DNA of 64,000 bases from positions 18,689-82,688 of IMG/VR virus record IMGVR_UViG_3300022918_000011; one strand, given 5' to 3'. Below are positions 62,561-64,000 of this stretch, piece after piece (within the stretch, counting starts at the first letter, position 1; every line of letters starts with the position of its first letter). Source of the stretch: a virus. The translations under genes and the position numbers were made by a program. The notes under the pieces were generated by a model. The model saw nothing but the letters and a program-made list of their open reading frames with translations, did not search any database and was not told where the DNA came from.

Positions 62561-64000
62561 CTACCTTCTGCGGCCGCGTGCGGCCGCCGCTCCAACCCCG
62601 AACAAACCCTGAAGCACTCCCGCCTCCTCGGGCTTTGGCCCGATCTCAACGACACCACTCCCCAGTTTCACCGTACCCACACCTGGCATGACACCTACAA
62701 CGGTGGACGGCGCCAGCTCGTCGATGGCCAGCATCGCGATACCTGCATAGTTCGCCGCGTGTACCCAGTGGTCTGCGCCTGGCGTGCGGACGAACCGGTC
62801 CTTCATATCCCCGTCAGCGTTGCGCTCGCGGATCTTCTTGGTCGTCTTGAAATGCTCGAACAACTCGTTGGCCAGCTCAGGCTTGAACGGGTACAGGATG
62901 TCGCCACTGTTGTGCTGGTTGAGCAGCAGGCTCAGCGTCTTGGTCCGGTCGGCGTTGATCTGGTCACCGGCCTTGACCTCAACGATCGGCAGCGAGCCTG
63001 ACACGTTCTGCACGTAGACCACGGAAACGATGTTCTCCCGGGCACGCAGCAGCGTGTTGACCAGGGTGATGTCGGGGCCGGCGTCGATGCACAGCTTTTT
63101 CATGTTGTAGAAGTCGTAGCGGTCCAGCACCTTCGGCGCCGCAGGATCGTCCTTGGTGTTGGAGATCTTCTCCATCCAGATGACGTGGGTCTTGCTGCCG
63201 ACCTTGGCCTTGACCATCAGATGGCAGACCTTGCCGATGTCCATCCCGCCGACGGTTGGCGCGGTCACGATGTACTGGCCGTAGATCCACAGCTGCACGG
63301 TGCAGAGGCGGTCCTTGGTCACCTGATCGGTGAAGAAGCTGTTCTCGGCGCTGGAGAATGGCAGCCCGATTACGAAGTTGATGAAGTCGGACTGCAGCGG
63401 GTAATCGCCGATGGACTTGATCACGGTGTGAGGGGCGTTGTACTTGGGCACATCCCACGGGAACACCTGGTAGCTGTGGTCGTGCGCCGACGGGTGTTTG
63501 GCAACCCACTCGCGTCGTGACGGATCGCACAGGCTGGCCCAGAGGTTCTTGCCGCAGGATGGACACTTGATCCACGCCTCGTCCATCCGGTACCGCGATT
63601 CCATGGAATCGTTCCGGCTGAACTCGATCATCGGCCGGTCGAAGCCAGGCACGATGAAGTCCTGGAAGAAGTCCGGCACTACCTGTTTATTGCAGTGCTC
63701 GCACTTGCACATGTAGTAACGCTGGTCACCCTTTTGGAAGTCGATGTCGACCCCATATCCGTCCACCGTTGGCGTAGAGAACCGGTACCGATACCCGCGA
63801 TTACCAAACTCGTCTGTGGTCTTGGCGTGTCGAATACGTGATTCAAGTTTCCCAAGGATGGTTTCATTGGAGAAGTCCACTTCGTCAGAGATGATGAATT
63901 CGGCCGGTACCGAGATCGCCGCCTTGGCGCCGTGGGTACCGATGACGTAGAGCAGCGATGACCCGAGCTTCTTCTGGCTGGCAGAGTTGCCCCCGGCAGC
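62561..64000 (-). CDS. terminase large subunit (GpA-like), 5' end outside window
   Basis: Frame open to window edge; IISDEVD Walker B, STPT, CEHC and CPSC, GMDIG, DHWVHA nuclease end. Confidence 0.9.
   Translation of the reverse strand, partial: AAGGNSASQKKLGSSLLYVIGTHGAKAAISVPAEFIISDEVDFSNETILGKLESRIRHAKTTDEFGNRGYRYRFSTPTVDGYGVDIDFQKGDQRYYMCKCEHCNKQVVPDFFQDFIVPGFDRPMIEFSRNDSMESRYRMDEAWIKCPSCGKNLWASLCDPSRREWVAKHPSAHDHSYQVFPWDVPKYNAPHTVIKSIGDYPLQSDFINFVIGLPFSSAENSFFTDQVTKDRLCTVQLWIYGQYIVTAPTVGGMDIGKVCHLMVKAKVGSKTHVIWMEKISNTKDDPAAPKVLDRYDFYNMKKLCIDAGPDITLVNTLLRARENIVSVVYVQNVSGSLPIVEVKAGDQINADRTKTLSLLLNQHNSGDILYPFKPELANELFEHFKTTKKIRERNADGDMKDRFVRTPGADHWVHAANYAGIAMLAIDELAPSTVVGVMPGVGTVKLGSGVVEIGPKPEEAGVLQGLFGVGAAAARGRRR

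Larger units (their letters stand above)
1..64000. mobile_element. Segment of a large tailed phage genome (siphovirus-like, probably virulent)
   Basis: Terminase, portal, capsid, tail tube, tape measure, lysis and a complete replication module; tightly packed genes in two convergent arms; no host housekeeping genes or integrase in window. Confidence 0.97.

Overview
The whole window is part of a large, GC-rich tailed dsDNA phage genome with siphovirus-type morphogenesis genes. Gene content and codon style suggest a Pseudomonas-like host (inference). It has two convergent arms. The + strand (1-37084) carries a dense early/accessory region of small ORFs, including a TAXI-type solute-binding protein, a repeat-containing C5 DNA methyltransferase, a miniature PolA-like protein and an Nmad5-like protein. 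These are followed by replication, recombination and nucleotide genes: Dda/RecD-like helicase, primase-helicase, TraR-like protein, SNF2 helicase, MazG-like protein, ThyX, PolA, exonucleases, dNMP kinase, resolvase, ligase and SbcCD. The - strand (37101-64000) carries, in transcription order, terminase (partial), portal, S49 protease/scaffold, capsid, head-tail and tail genes, a 2767-aa tape measure, a fibre with two paralogous beta-propeller adhesins, and a lysis cassette. No integrase, tRNA, rRNA or CRISPR array was recognised. The most notable observations are: (i) a stand-alone 146-aa mini-PolA lacking motif C next to Nmad5; (ii) a small protein made of three P-loop-like snippets; (iii) related perfect palindromes bracketing an early gene; (iv) two tail-collar/propeller adhesin paralogs; (v) an apparently over-represented 9-mer GGCAGCGTT. 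All family assignments come from motif recognition by eye, not database searches.
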